From Vulcanimicrobiota bacterium (GTDB taxonomy: Bacteria; Vulcanimicrobiota; Vulcanimicrobiia; Vulcanimicrobiales; Vulcanimicrobiaceae), in contig CAVOTV010000004.1 of NCBI GenBank assembly GCA_963699435.1, positions 25,474 through 89,473 of the forward strand: a DNA stretch of 64,000 bases. The letters run 5' to 3'. Below are positions 32,519 through 42,257 of the stretch, piece by piece. The translations under genes were made by a program, and so were the position numbers. Position 1 is the first letter of the stretch. Each line of letters begins with the position of its first letter. Below the pieces are notes generated by a model. It did not search any database and was not told the origin of the DNA. It worked only from the letters and a program-made list of their open reading frames with translations.

Positions 32519-34849
32519 GTGTCGTCCAGACCTGTCGCAGCGGCGCTATTGGCCGCCGTTTTGTTGGGTGCGGGGGGTCGACCGGCTCCCCTCATCATGT
32601 ACTCGGCACCCGCAGGCGAGCGTCCAGCCGGAGCCGACCGAGATTGATCCCGCCGATGCGGTTCTTCCCAACGGTCGAATCGCGGCACCCGCGGGCACTA
32701 GCCTACTTCGTCGGCACCAATCGCGCTGGGTATGGCGCTTTCGCCCGACGGCCGCTACGCCATCGTTTCCAATGACGCCGCACCGCCGATTCGTCGCTCT
32801 CGGTCGTGAACGTCGAGACGATGCAGCCTCGCGAGCGACTATCAGAATCCTTCGGCTTCGTTTTTCATGGGCGTCGCGGCCATGCGCGATCCGCGCGATC
32901 GCCGCGCAGACGATCGTCCTCGCCTCGGACGGCGCGACGGGCGCCGTTCGCGTCTTCGACGCTCGACGCGAGCGGCACAACTCACGCCGTCGGGAGCCCC
33001 GATCGCGCTTCCGGCTCCGGCGGGGCTCGAGCGTTTCCCGCGCAGATCGCGGTCACGCCAGACGGGCGCACGGCGTATCGTCGCCGACAATCTCGGCGAT
33101 GCGATCGTCGAGATCGATCTTGCGTCGCGCAGCGTCGCAGCGATCCACGCCGGCCGGCGATTTTCCGCTTTACGTTGCCGCATGCGCGCGACAAGTCGTC
33201 GCCGCCGGCAACCGGGCTCTCCGAGCTACTCCGCGCTCGCGTCGCCCGCGCCGGCGCCGCAGTTCACCGCGCCTGCATTCGATCCGGTCGAAGTCGTCGG
33301 CGCTCTCGGTCTTCGAGATCACTCCGGGAGCACGAGCGGCGATCCGGCGCGCGGTGCCGTATGGATCCGGCGCCCGACGGAACGCAGATCGTCGGCGGAG
33401 CGGCGCCCGGCGCGACGCTGCTCTCGCGCAGACGGCGGCCTTGCGTACATTGCGCTTGCCAACGTGGACCGCGTGGCGGTTGTCAGCTCGTCGGCGCGCC
33501 GCGCGTCGTTCGCGGGCTGGACCTTCGGTTCTATCCCGGCGCCCCGTACGGCGCGCAGCCGAGTGCCGAGGCACTCAGCTCCGAACGGGAAGCGGCTTTA
33601 CGTCGCGCTCGCGGGCTCAACGCCGTCGCGGTTCTCGACGCGCGACGGACGACGCGCTATCGCTACGGGCTTGATTCCGACGGGGTGGTATCCAACGGCG
33701 CTCGCGCTTTCCCATGACGGCCGCTATCTTTACGTGCTCAATGCGAAAGGCGTCGACGGATGGCGGCCTTTGCAACGGGTGGATCTCAAACGCACGTACC
33801 TGGTACGAGGCGACGCTGGACGCGCTGCGCTACAACCGGACGCCCGCGATCGCACAGTTCAATCCGGTCATTCCACCACTGCGCTCGAACAAGCGCAGCG
33901 ACGTCTATCGATCACGTCGTCTATCATCGCCGTCGGCTCGCCGCGGGTACGACGCGATGCTCGGCGATCTCAAGGACGATCCGGTGCAGGCCCACGGCAA
34001 CGGCGACCCCGCGCTGAGCGATCTATCCCGAGACCGTAACGCCCAATCTGCACGCGCTCGCGCGCACCTACGCGCTCGCCGACAATTTCTATGCCTCCGA
34101 CGCCGATGCGAGCGTCGCAAAGGTCTTTGCGACGGCGGGTCGAGGCGACGCTCTACCAGCAGCTCGTGGACGTCGTCCGGAACCTCACGCGCTCCGATGA
34201 ACGATCACGGCGACGATCCCGAAGATTACGGCCGCAACGGCTATCTTTTCAATGCCCTCGCACGCTCCGCGATGTCGTTTCGCGACTACGGAGGTCTGTT
34301 GCGGGTCTCGGGATACGACGGCGGAAAGTACCATCTCGACGTGCCCGCGCTCGCCGCATTGAACGGCAACGCCGGATCTCGCCTATGCGGGCTGGAATCC
34401 GCGCGTCACCGACGCGCAGCGTGCCGCCGAGTTCGTTGCCGACATGCAGCGCTACGTACAGAACGATAGCGTGCCGAGTTTTACGTACGTCTCGCTGCCG
34501 ACTGAGGGCGGCGCCGCCGGCGCGGCCGATCTCGACCGTGCGGTCGGATCGATCGTGGATTTCGTCTCGCACACGCCGCATTGGAGCTCGACGGCGATCT
34601 TCGTCGTCGGCGACGGCGCGGCGGCTGGTCGAGCGACCACGTTCATCCGTTGCGCAGTTACGCGCTCGTCGTCTCTCCGCTGGCGCGCCGCGGGTACGTC
34701 GGAAAGGGGCACGTCGACACGGCGAGCGTTCTGAAAACCGAAGAGGAGATCTTCGGGCTCCGCCGCTCGCGCTCAGTGATTTGCTGGCCTCCGATATGAG
34801 CTCGTACTTTACCGACGCGCCGCAGCCCGAGCCGTACACCGCACGATGA
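32519..34849 (+). pseudogene. Bifunctional YncE-like beta-propeller / phosphoesterase (PLC-AcpA family) secreted protein, more than 10 frame changes
   Basis: Signal-like VSSRPVAAALLAAVLLGAGG (GTG 32519). Propeller repeats are LSPDGRYAIVSND, IAVTPDGRTAY.ADNLGDAIVEIDL, DGGLAYIALANVDRVAVV, SAPNGKRLYVALAG and LSHDGRYLYVLNAKG. The phosphoesterase part has IDHVVY, GYDAMLGDL, TPNLHALARTYALADNFYA, PSFTYVSLP, TAIFVVGD and SVLKTEEEIFGL. Confidence 0.7.
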
Positions 34850-35688
34850 CGATTCACGACCGCCATGGCGTCAGCTTCGGTCCGCGTCTGGTTGCGACGG
34901 CGACCGGACGGCTCACTGCCGCCTCGTTGGTCCGCCCGTCGCCCGCGATCGAACGGGCGGTGCCGAATGCGGGCGAGCCCGGTGCGATCTACGCGCGCGC
35001 GCTCGAGCAGCATGCGGTCTTCTGCGACGTGCTGAAGTATCTCGGCGTCGTCGTTGACGTCGTCGATTCGGGGGGCACCGATCCGTACGAGACGAGCGCC
35101 GGCGACGCGGCCGTAGTCTTCGCGGACGGTGCCGTGCTCATGCGATTGACACCGCTCTCGCGTCGCGCCGAGGTGGATCGGATGGAGGCGCAGTTTGCGC
35201 GACTCGACGTGCCGATTGCCGGTCACATCGCAGCGCCGGCGCTGCTCGACGGCAGCGACGTCCTCCTAGCCGGACGTACCGCGTTCGTTGGAATCGGCTC
35301 GCGCGGCAACGAGCTGGGTCGAAGCGGTTTCGCCGCGCTCGCACGCGCGCACGGCTACGAGCCCGTCGAGGTTCGGCTCGCCGACGGCGTCACCGCGCTT
35401 CGGGCCGTCGCCGGCGCGGCCTCGAGCGATACGATCGTGATCGCCGGCGGCAAAGTCGATCCGATGGCCTTCGAGGGTTTCCGCACCGTCGTTCTCGACG
35501 TCGGCGAAGAGCAGGCCGCCGGGGTGCTGCCGCTCGACGAACGGCTCGTGCTCGCCGATATCCGTTTCCGCACGTCGCTGACGGCGATGCGCCGCGCCGG
35601 AATCGCGGTCGAAGCGATCGACCTGTACGAATTCACAAAGCTCGGCTTGACTCCGTCGATGTTGACGCTCGCGCTCCGCCGCGAATAG
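34846..35688 (+). CDS. DDAH/amidinotransferase-fold protein (dimethylarginine dimethylaminohydrolase-like), catalytic residues apparently missing
   Basis: Intact 280-aa ORF whose ATG overlaps the upstream stop (ATGA). The overall pattern (FCDVLKYLGVVV, DAAVVFADGAVLMR, RTAFVGIGSRGN, EPVEVRL) fits the pentein fold. The C-terminal motif reads KLGLTPSMLTL instead of a Cys-containing GG.(S/T)C motif. Confidence 0.55.
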   Translation: MTIHDRHGVSFGPRLVATATGRLTAASLVRPSPAIERAVPNAGEPGAIYARALEQHAVFCDVLKYLGVVVDVVDSGGTDPYETSAGDAAVVFADGAVLMRLTPLSRRAEVDRMEAQFARLDVPIAGHIAAPALLDGSDVLLAGRTAFVGIGSRGNELGRSGFAALARAHGYEPVEVRLADGVTALRAVAGAASSDTIVIAGGKVDPMAFEGFRTVVLDVGEEQAAGVLPLDERLVLADIRFRTSLTAMRRAGIAVEAIDLYEFTKLGLTPSMLTLALRRE

Positions 35689-35693
35689 CGCGC

Positions 35694-36425
35694 ATGCGAG
35701 TAGCGATTCTCTCCGACATCCACGGTAATCTTTTGGGACTCGATGCCTGTTTGGTCGACCTCGAATCCCAAGGCGGAGCCGACGCGATCGTCGCCGCCGG
35801 CGATCTTTGTCTGGACGGACCCAAACCGAAGAAGGTGCTGCAGCGGCTCGACGAGATCGGCGCGTCGTGCGTCCGCGGAAATACTGATCGCTATCTCTCC
35901 GAAGAAACGCCGCACGAAGAGTTCGATGCTGCCGAGACGGCGCGCATCGCATGGACGCGCCGCGAGATCGGCGAGCGCTGGGTCTCGTTTCTGCAGGAGC
36001 TGCCGTTCGCGTTGCGCATCGGCGAAGACGAGAACCAACTGCTCGTCGTGCATGCGAATCCGAAAACCGACGACGAAGCGCTTTGGCCCGACGCCGAGGA
36101 CGAACGGCTTGCGCGCCTGATCGGCGACGAAGATGCGACGGCGATTGCGTTCGGACATCTCCACTTGCCGTACGCGCGCGTTTGGCGCGGCAAGCTTTTG
36201 GCAAACGTGGCGTCGGCCGGTTTGCCGAAGGACGGCGATCCGCGTGCGGGATATGCGATCTTCACCGAGCGCAGCGGCGGGTGGCAAGTGAAGCACCGCC
36301 GGGTCGCCTTCGACGTGAAGAAAGTTGCAACCCAATTGGCCGATTGCGGGATTCCGGAGAGTGCAGAGCTCATCGCCACCCTCCGCCGCCACCGGTATAA
36401 ACAATTAAAGAGTTTGATTCCGTAG
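35694..36425 (+). CDS. Metallophosphoesterase (calcineurin-like, YfcE/MJ0936-type)
   Basis: Intact 243-aa ORF with MRVAILSDIHGN, AAGDLCLDG, RGNTD, LVVHANP and FGHLHLP, the canonical DxH/GD/GNxD/H/GH series. Confidence 0.85.
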   Translation: MRVAILSDIHGNLLGLDACLVDLESQGGADAIVAAGDLCLDGPKPKKVLQRLDEIGASCVRGNTDRYLSEETPHEEFDAAETARIAWTRREIGERWVSFLQELPFALRIGEDENQLLVVHANPKTDDEALWPDAEDERLARLIGDEDATAIAFGHLHLPYARVWRGKLLANVASAGLPKDGDPRAGYAIFTERSGGWQVKHRRVAFDVKKVATQLADCGIPESAELIATLRRHRYKQLKSLIP

Positions 36426-37148
36426 CCGCAGCGCCCGCCGTTCAAGTCGATCGCCTCGTCAAGCGATACGGCTCGTTCACGGCCGTCGACGGCGTTTCGC
36501 TGCGCGTCGAAGCGGGCGAGTTTTTCGGATTCCTCGGACCCAACGGTGCCGGAAAGACCACGACGATCAACGCGATTGCCGGGCTCGCGCGGCGAACCTC
36601 GGGTAGAATTCGTATCTTCGGCTACGACAACGAGCAGCAGTGGCGTCAAGCGCGGCAGCTCATCGGACTCTCGCCGCAGGAGTACAACTTCGACCGCTAT
36701 CTCTCGTTGCGCGACGTGCTGATTTTTGCGGCCGGCTACTACGGCTTGCACGGCAAAGACGTCGTCGAGCGCGCGGATATGCTCCTCGAGCGGTTCGGGC
36801 TTACAAAGCACGCGCATCTCGAATATACGAAACTCTCCGGAGGGCAGAAACGCCGGCTTTCGCTGGCGCGCGCGCTCATCCATCAGCCGAGCCTCCTGAT
36901 CCTCGACGAGCCGACCGCGGGAGTCGACGTGGAGCTGCGGTTGGAGCTGTGGGAGTGGCTGCGGGCACTCAATGAGGATGGCCTGACGGTCTTTCTTACG
37001 ACGCACTATTTGGAGGAAGCCGAAGCAGCTCTGCAAGCGCATCGCGATCATTCGCAACGGCAGCATCATCGCCGAGAAGCCGACCAGGGAGCTCCTCGCC
37101 GACGGCGCCTCGCTGCAGGACGTCTTTCTGGAGCTGACGCGCAATTAA
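36404..37148 (+). pseudogene. ABC transporter ATP-binding protein (ABC-2 exporter type), 1 frame change near 37030; start codon unclear
   Basis: Walker A FLGPNGAGKTTT, Q-loop, signature LSGGQKRRLSLARAL and Walker B LLILDEPTAGVD in the frame of ORF 36707..37633. The tail QLCKRIAIIRNGSIIAEKPTRELL...VFLELTRN is in another frame and ends at TAA 37146..37148. Confidence 0.8.
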
Positions 37149-37907
37149 TCCGTTCGCGACTTTGGACGCTCGTCAAGCGCGAGATGGTTCGCAGCCTCAA
37201 GATCATCAATCAGGTGATCTGGCCGCCCATCATCACGACGTTGCTTTACGTTTTCGTCTTCGGACTCGCTTTGGGAAGCCGGATCCCTACGGTGCAAGGC
37301 GTTACGTACGCGCAGTTCCTCATACCCGGCCTGATCATGCTGCAGGTGATCGACTCCTCGTACGGCGAGTGCTCGAGTTCGCTCTTTCAAGGCCGTTTCA
37401 TGAACTCGATTCAGGAACTGCTGATCGCTCCGATGTCGGCATTCGAACTCGTGGCGGGGTACATGCTGGGAAGCTTGGCGCGGTCGCTACTGATCGCGGG
37501 ACTCATCACGGGACTGGGCGTCGTCCTCGTGCACATCGCTCCGCAAGACTGGTGGCTCTACTTCGATCGTCGTCGCGATGGTCTCGATTCTGTTCTCGGC
37601 GCTCGGTCTGATCTTCGGGTTGCTGGCCGATAAGTTCGATCATATCGCGATTCTCACGACCTTCGTGATTACGCCGCTCACGTTTGTGGGAGGGGTCTTC
37701 ACGGCGGCGACGATGCTTCCGCCGGCGCTGCGCAACTTCGAGCTCTTCAATCCGATCTTCTACACCATAGATGCCTTCCGCCGCAGCTACACGGGCGAGA
37801 GCTACTTGCCGCCGGCCTTTTCGCTCGCGATGATCGCGCTCTTGGCGGCCGTCGCGCTGGCTATCGTCTTGCGGATGGTGGCGGTGGGATATAAACTGCG
37901 AACGTGA
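37146..37907 (+). pseudogene. ABC-2 type transporter permease, 1 frame change near 37565; start approximate
   Basis: LWTLVKREMVRSLKIINQVIWPPIITTLLYVFVFG, FLIPGLIMLQVI and SIQELLIAPMSAFELVAGYMLG are followed by ORF 37578..37907 (FSALGLIFGLLADKFDHIAILTTFVITPLTFVGGVF...NPIFYTIDAFR). Confidence 0.75.
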
Positions 37908-38269
37908 TCCTTCTCGCCGTTCTGCTCGCAATCGCGCCGCCGACCTCGCTCTCGATCGGACCCTGGACCGGTTCGGATTTTCAAACGACGTCGGAAGGGG
38001 CCGCCAAGTTCCGGCTCGAGGTAACCGGCAAGCCGAAGGCTACGCTGCGCCTGCGGGCGACGGGCGTCGCACAGGGATGGTTGGCGGCGTTCTGCACGCC
38101 GCATCTCTGCTCGCCCCAACAGGTCAGCGTGCACCTTTCGTCCGCGGGGAGCGCCGTACTGCAGTTCGAGCTCATCCGCGAATCGAGCGCCGCACCGACG
38201 ATCAGCGGCGCTACCATCACCGACGGAGCCGGCACCTCGGTGAACGTGCCGTCGGCCCATCGCGAGTAA
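37904..38269 (+). CDS. Hypothetical small secreted protein
   Basis: Intact 121-aa ORF. GTG 37904 overlaps the permease stop (GTGA). The N-terminus VILLAVLLAIAPP is hydrophobic. No family recognised. Confidence 0.45.
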   Translation: MILLAVLLAIAPPTSLSIGPWTGSDFQTTSEGAAKFRLEVTGKPKATLRLRATGVAQGWLAAFCTPHLCSPQQVSVHLSSAGSAVLQFELIRESSAAPTISGATITDGAGTSVNVPSAHRE

Positions 38270-38278
38270 TCTCTCGCG

Positions 38279-39115
38279 CTAGAAGAAGGGGTTGTGCTCC
38301 TTCTCGAGGGCGATCGTCGTCGGCGGTCCGTGACCGGGCATTACGACGGTGTCGTCGGGTAGCGTGAAGAGCTTACTGCGCACGCTGTTGAGAATATCGC
38401 CATACGTGCTAGCGTCGCCGTATGCGCCGCCGACGCTGGCCGCGAACAGCGTGTCGCCTGAAAAAACCGCGCTCTTGAAAAAGTAGCACGACGAGCCGTC
38501 GGTGTGTCCCGGCGTGTGCAGCATGCGTATCGAGGACTCATCGCCGAACGGCAAGGACTCGCCGTCGCGCAACGCGAGCGCCCGAGTGCGAAGCGAGCCG
38601 ATCGCATGAACGTCGAGCGGGTGCATCACGATCGCCGCGTCGGGAAAAGCGCGCGCGACGTCGGCAGTAGCGTCGCAATGATCCGCATGCTTGTGCGTGA
38701 TCAAAATGTATTGCAGATGATAGTCGCCGTCGCGCACGATGCGCAGGAGGTTCTGCGGAATTCCCGCGGGATCGACGAGCGCCGCGCGGCGTCCGGTTTC
38801 GAGGAAGAAGACGTATCCGTTGCTCGGCTGAGGCTCTTGCGGATGGCGGCGAACGTCGGAGCGTTCCAGCGGCGGAGGATACCAGCGCTGCGCGGCGCTG
38901 TCGGCGAGCTTGCCTCCATCGAGGCGGAGAACGATCGCGAGCGCGCGCGCCTCGGCGTCATCGGCCGTCCCGTCGTCGCTCAGCCAGCGCGCGATCTCGT
39001 CCTCTGCGATCCCAGTAACGGCGGCGAGATGCGTCGTATCGATGCCGTTCCCCCGCATCGCCTTGCGAAGGATGTCGCCGAAGGTATCTTCCAGCGGTAG
39101 GTGCGCGTCGCTCAT
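38279..39115 (-). CDS. MBL-fold metallo-hydrolase (glyoxalase II-like) with about 90-aa N-terminal HTH-like extension
   Basis: C-terminal 278 aa of track ORF 38279..39496 from ATG 39115. It carries ILITHKHADHCD (HxHxDH), HTPGHTDGS, SGDTLF and MPGHG. The N-terminus GIDTTHLAAVTGIAEDEIARWL looks like a helix-turn-helix. Confidence 0.8.
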   Translation of the reverse strand: MSDAHLPLEDTFGDILRKAMRGNGIDTTHLAAVTGIAEDEIARWLSDDGTADDAEARALAIVLRLDGGKLADSAAQRWYPPPLERSDVRRHPQEPQPSNGYVFFLETGRRAALVDPAGIPQNLLRIVRDGDYHLQYILITHKHADHCDATADVARAFPDAAIVMHPLDVHAIGSLRTRALALRDGESLPFGDESSIRMLHTPGHTDGSSCYFFKSAVFSGDTLFAASVGGAYGDASTYGDILNSVRSKLFTLPDDTVVMPGHGPPTTIALEKEHNPFF

Positions 39116-39205
39116 GGGGCGTCCTTCGACTTCGCTCCCCGCGGTCGCTGCGCTCGGGATGACAACGTTTGAGGGATGGGGCGAGGGGCAGTCGAAGCCG
39201 CCGGA

Positions 39206-40152
39206 ATGGAACGCGTCATCATCATAGGCTCGGGGCCGGCCGGCCTCACCGCGGCGGTTTATGCAGCGCGGGCGAACTTGCACCCGCTGGTGCTCGCAGG
39301 CGGCCTCTACGGCGGTCAGCTCATGCTCACCACCGACGTCGAGAACTACCCCGGTTTCCCCGAAGGCATCATGGGTCCCGAGCTGATGGTGAAGTTTCGC
39401 GAGCAAGCCGAACGGTTCGGCGCGCGGATCGAAAACGTCGACGTCGCCTCGGTGGACTTCGCGCAGCCGGCCGCTGATCGTCCGCACGACCGACAACGAG
39501 TACGCGGCCCGGTGTGTGATCGTCGCGACCGGCGCCAGCGCGCGCTGGCTCGAAATCCCCGGCGAGGAACGGCTGCGCGGACGCGGCGTTTCGACGCTGC
39601 GCGACGTGCGACGGCGCGTTCTTCCGCGACAAGCACATCGTCGTCGTCGGCGGCGGCGACTCGGCGCTCGAGGAGGCGCTCTTTCTCACGCGCTTCGGCA
39701 GCCGCGTAACGATCGTGCACCGCCGCGACCGGCTGCGCGCGAGCAAGATCATGGCCGACCGGCGCGCACTCGCACGCGAAGATAGACTTCATTTGGAATG
39801 CGGTCGTCGAGGCGGTGCTCGGCGAGACCGCACGTCACCGGCTTACGCCTTCGCAACGTCGTCGACGGCCGAACGTTCGAGATCGAAGCCGATGCGATCT
39901 TCGTCGCGATCGGCCACACGCCGAATACCGCCGTTTTCGGCGGCGCGCTCGATCTCGACGAGATCGGCTATATCGCCTCTCCGGACGGTACCGCGACGAA
40001 CGTCGAAGGGCGTCTTCGTCGCCGGCGACGTGCAGGATCATCGCTACCGCCAGGCGATCACGGCCGCCGGTGCGGGTTGCCGCGCGGCGATGGACGCCGA
40101 GAAGTATCTCGAGGCGATCGAGTTCAGAGAAGATTCGCTAGCGCACCGTTGA
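39206..40152 (+). pseudogene. trxB: Thioredoxin-disulfide reductase, about 5 frame changes
   Basis: [55 protein letters not shown] and GVST(C)[42 protein letters not shown], where a one-base insertion breaks the CATC motif. Then AIFVAIGHTPNT and VFVAGDVQDHRYRQAITAAGAGCRAAMDAEKYL. Confidence 0.85.
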
Positions 40153-40963
40153 GGAGCGGAAACTCGAACCGGTAGCCGCATTCCAACGTGCGCTTTGGAA
40201 GCACGCGCTGGCCCTCCAGCACGATCGCCGCGCCCTCCCCAAGCATGGCGCGGAGCGCAAAGGCAGGGGTTGGAAGAAGCGTCGGGCGGTGGAGCGCCAA
40301 TCCGAGTGCGTGCGTGAACTCGGCATTCGTTACGGGATTCGGCGCGCAGCCGTTGAGCGGGCCCGCGGCGGAATCGAGCGCGAGCACATAGATGCCGGTC
40401 AAGTCGGCGACGTGGATCCATGAATACCACTGGCGCCCGCTCCCCGCGACGCCGCCGAGGCCTAATCGAAACGGCACGAGCATGGTGGCGAGCGCGCCGC
40501 CGTCGGTGCCGAGCACGATGCCGGTGCGTACGATCGCGACGCGCATGCCTAAAGCCGCGGCGCTCGCCGCAACGCGCTCCCACCCGATGCAAACCCGCGC
40601 GAGAAAGTCGTCGCCGGGTGGACTCGCCTCGTCGAACGATGCCGTTAGACTGCTTCCGTAATAGCCGATGGCCGAAGCGCTGACGTAGACGCTGCAGCGG
40701 CGTTCTCCGCTTGAGAGCGCGTCGAGAAATGCGCGGGGCGCCTCGGTGCGGCTCGCCTCGATCCGGCGCTTGACGTCGTCGTTCCATCGTTGCGCGATCG
40801 ATTCGCCCGCGAGATTGACGATCGCGTCGCAGGTGCGCGCCGTCGCCGCCGCCGCAGCCGGATCGCGCAGCGATGCGGTCGCAACCTCGTCACCTCGCCG
40901 CCGTAGGGCGTCGACGAGGTGACGGCCGACGAAGCCGGAGGCGCCGAGCAGGAGAACCTTCAT
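40124..40963 (-). CDS. YfcH/SDR39U1-type epimerase family protein (NAD-binding Rossmann plus DUF1731)
   Basis: Intact 279-aa ORF with MKVLLLGASGFVGRHL, NLAGESI, YYG, RTGIVLG, GSGRQWYSWIHVADL and GYRFEF. Its 3' end overlaps the trxB 3' end by 29 nt (convergent). Confidence 0.8.
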   Translation of the reverse strand: MKVLLLGASGFVGRHLVDALRRRGDEVATASLRDPAAAAATARTCDAIVNLAGESIAQRWNDDVKRRIEASRTEAPRAFLDALSSGERRCSVYVSASAIGYYGSSLTASFDEASPPGDDFLARVCIGWERVAASAAALGMRVAIVRTGIVLGTDGGALATMLVPFRLGLGGVAGSGRQWYSWIHVADLTGIYVLALDSAAGPLNGCAPNPVTNAEFTHALGLALHRPTLLPTPAFALRAMLGEGAAIVLEGQRVLPKRTLECGYRFEFPLLNGALANLL

Positions 40964-41029
40964 CGTTTAACCGGTTGAACGTGCGCGAGCGGACGCCTCC
41001 ATGCGTAGGCGAGCCGGCGCACGGTGCGG

Positions 41030-42257
41030 CTAGATTCCGCCGACAAAACGGCCGGGATTTAGGGTTCGATTCGGGTCGAACCGCATTTTCAGCGCGCGCA
41101 TGCGTTCGATCGAGGCTCGGCGGATCGCCCCACGCTTGCAGCGCCGCTCGATGCGGATGCTCGCTCGCGATGACCTGGCGCGCGGCTTCGATCGCATGAA
41201 GCGCTTCGTCGAAGACTTCGATCTTGGCACCGAGGCGCGCGAGATCGAGATCGCTCACGCGGAGGATGACATCGCCGTTCATGACGTCGAGGATCGTTTC
41301 GCTGCGCAGTTCGTAGCGGCGCGGCAATTTCGTGCATGCGCAGACTCGTCGTTCGGATTCGTCGGGCAACGAGGTGAAACGGTACGTTACCGAACGCTCG
41401 CCCAAGCATGCGACGTAGGCGTCGACCACGCGCTCGAACGATTCGCGCGCGCCGGCGTCGAGCACGCGCGTTTCCGGTACGCCGGCTCGGCCGAGCGCCG
41501 AGCGCAGATCGCGCGTCGCGCGTTCGAGCAGTGCGTCGCTGCCCTCGAGCAGCACGAGCCGGCCTTCTTCGCCGTCATCGCCGTCGATGGCGTTGTGGAA
41601 ACCGTCAATCCAGAACGCAGCCGCCGGACGAATCGGCAGCGCTGCAGTTGCGCGCAGGCGCGTGCGCGCGTGCCTTCGGGCAGCGCGCGCAGAGAAGAGG
41701 CGCGCATGCGCGGCACGGCGAGGGTCTTGAGGTTTGCTTGCACGAGCACGCCGAGAGTTCCGAAGGAGCCGACGTAGAGTCGGCTCATGTCGTAGCCGGC
41801 GACGTTCTTGACGACCATGCCGCCGGCTCGCGCGATCGTTCCGTCGGCGAGCACGATGGTCGAGCCGAGGATGTAATCGCGCAGGCGGCCGTAGAGGTGG
41901 CGGCGCGGCCCGAGCCATCCGGCGGCGAGCGTGCCGCCGAGCGTTGCGTACTGCGGGTCGCGGCGCGTCGAACGGGATGAACTGGCCTTGCGTTCGCGAG
42001 CAGCGCGGAGATCGTGCGAATGCGGCGTGCCCGATCGCGCGCGGCGATGGTGAGGTCGGCTCGTTCGTTGTCGACGATGCCGTTGAGGGCCGTCGTCGCA
42101 AGCGTTACGTCGACTGCGTTCGGGGCGAAAGCCCATGCCGCTGAGCGTGTTGCCGCCGACGACGCGCGACCTTTTGGCCGGCGCGGTCGCAGCGGGCGAG
42201 CAGTGCGCTGACGGCTTTCGCGGTCGCGCGGCGCGACCCGGTCGCGCGGGCGTTCAT
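41030..42257 (-). pseudogene. glcE: Glycolate oxidase FAD-binding subunit GlcE, about 5 frame changes
   Basis: ATG 42257 overlaps the glcD stop (ATGA). It carries VVGGNTLSG, ATLGGTLAAGWLGPRRHLYGRLRDYILGSTIVLADGTIARAGGMVVKNVAGYDMSRLYVGSFGTLGVLV, then the variable C-terminal half, and ends IERMRALKMRFDPNRTLNPGRFVGGI. Confidence 0.75.
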
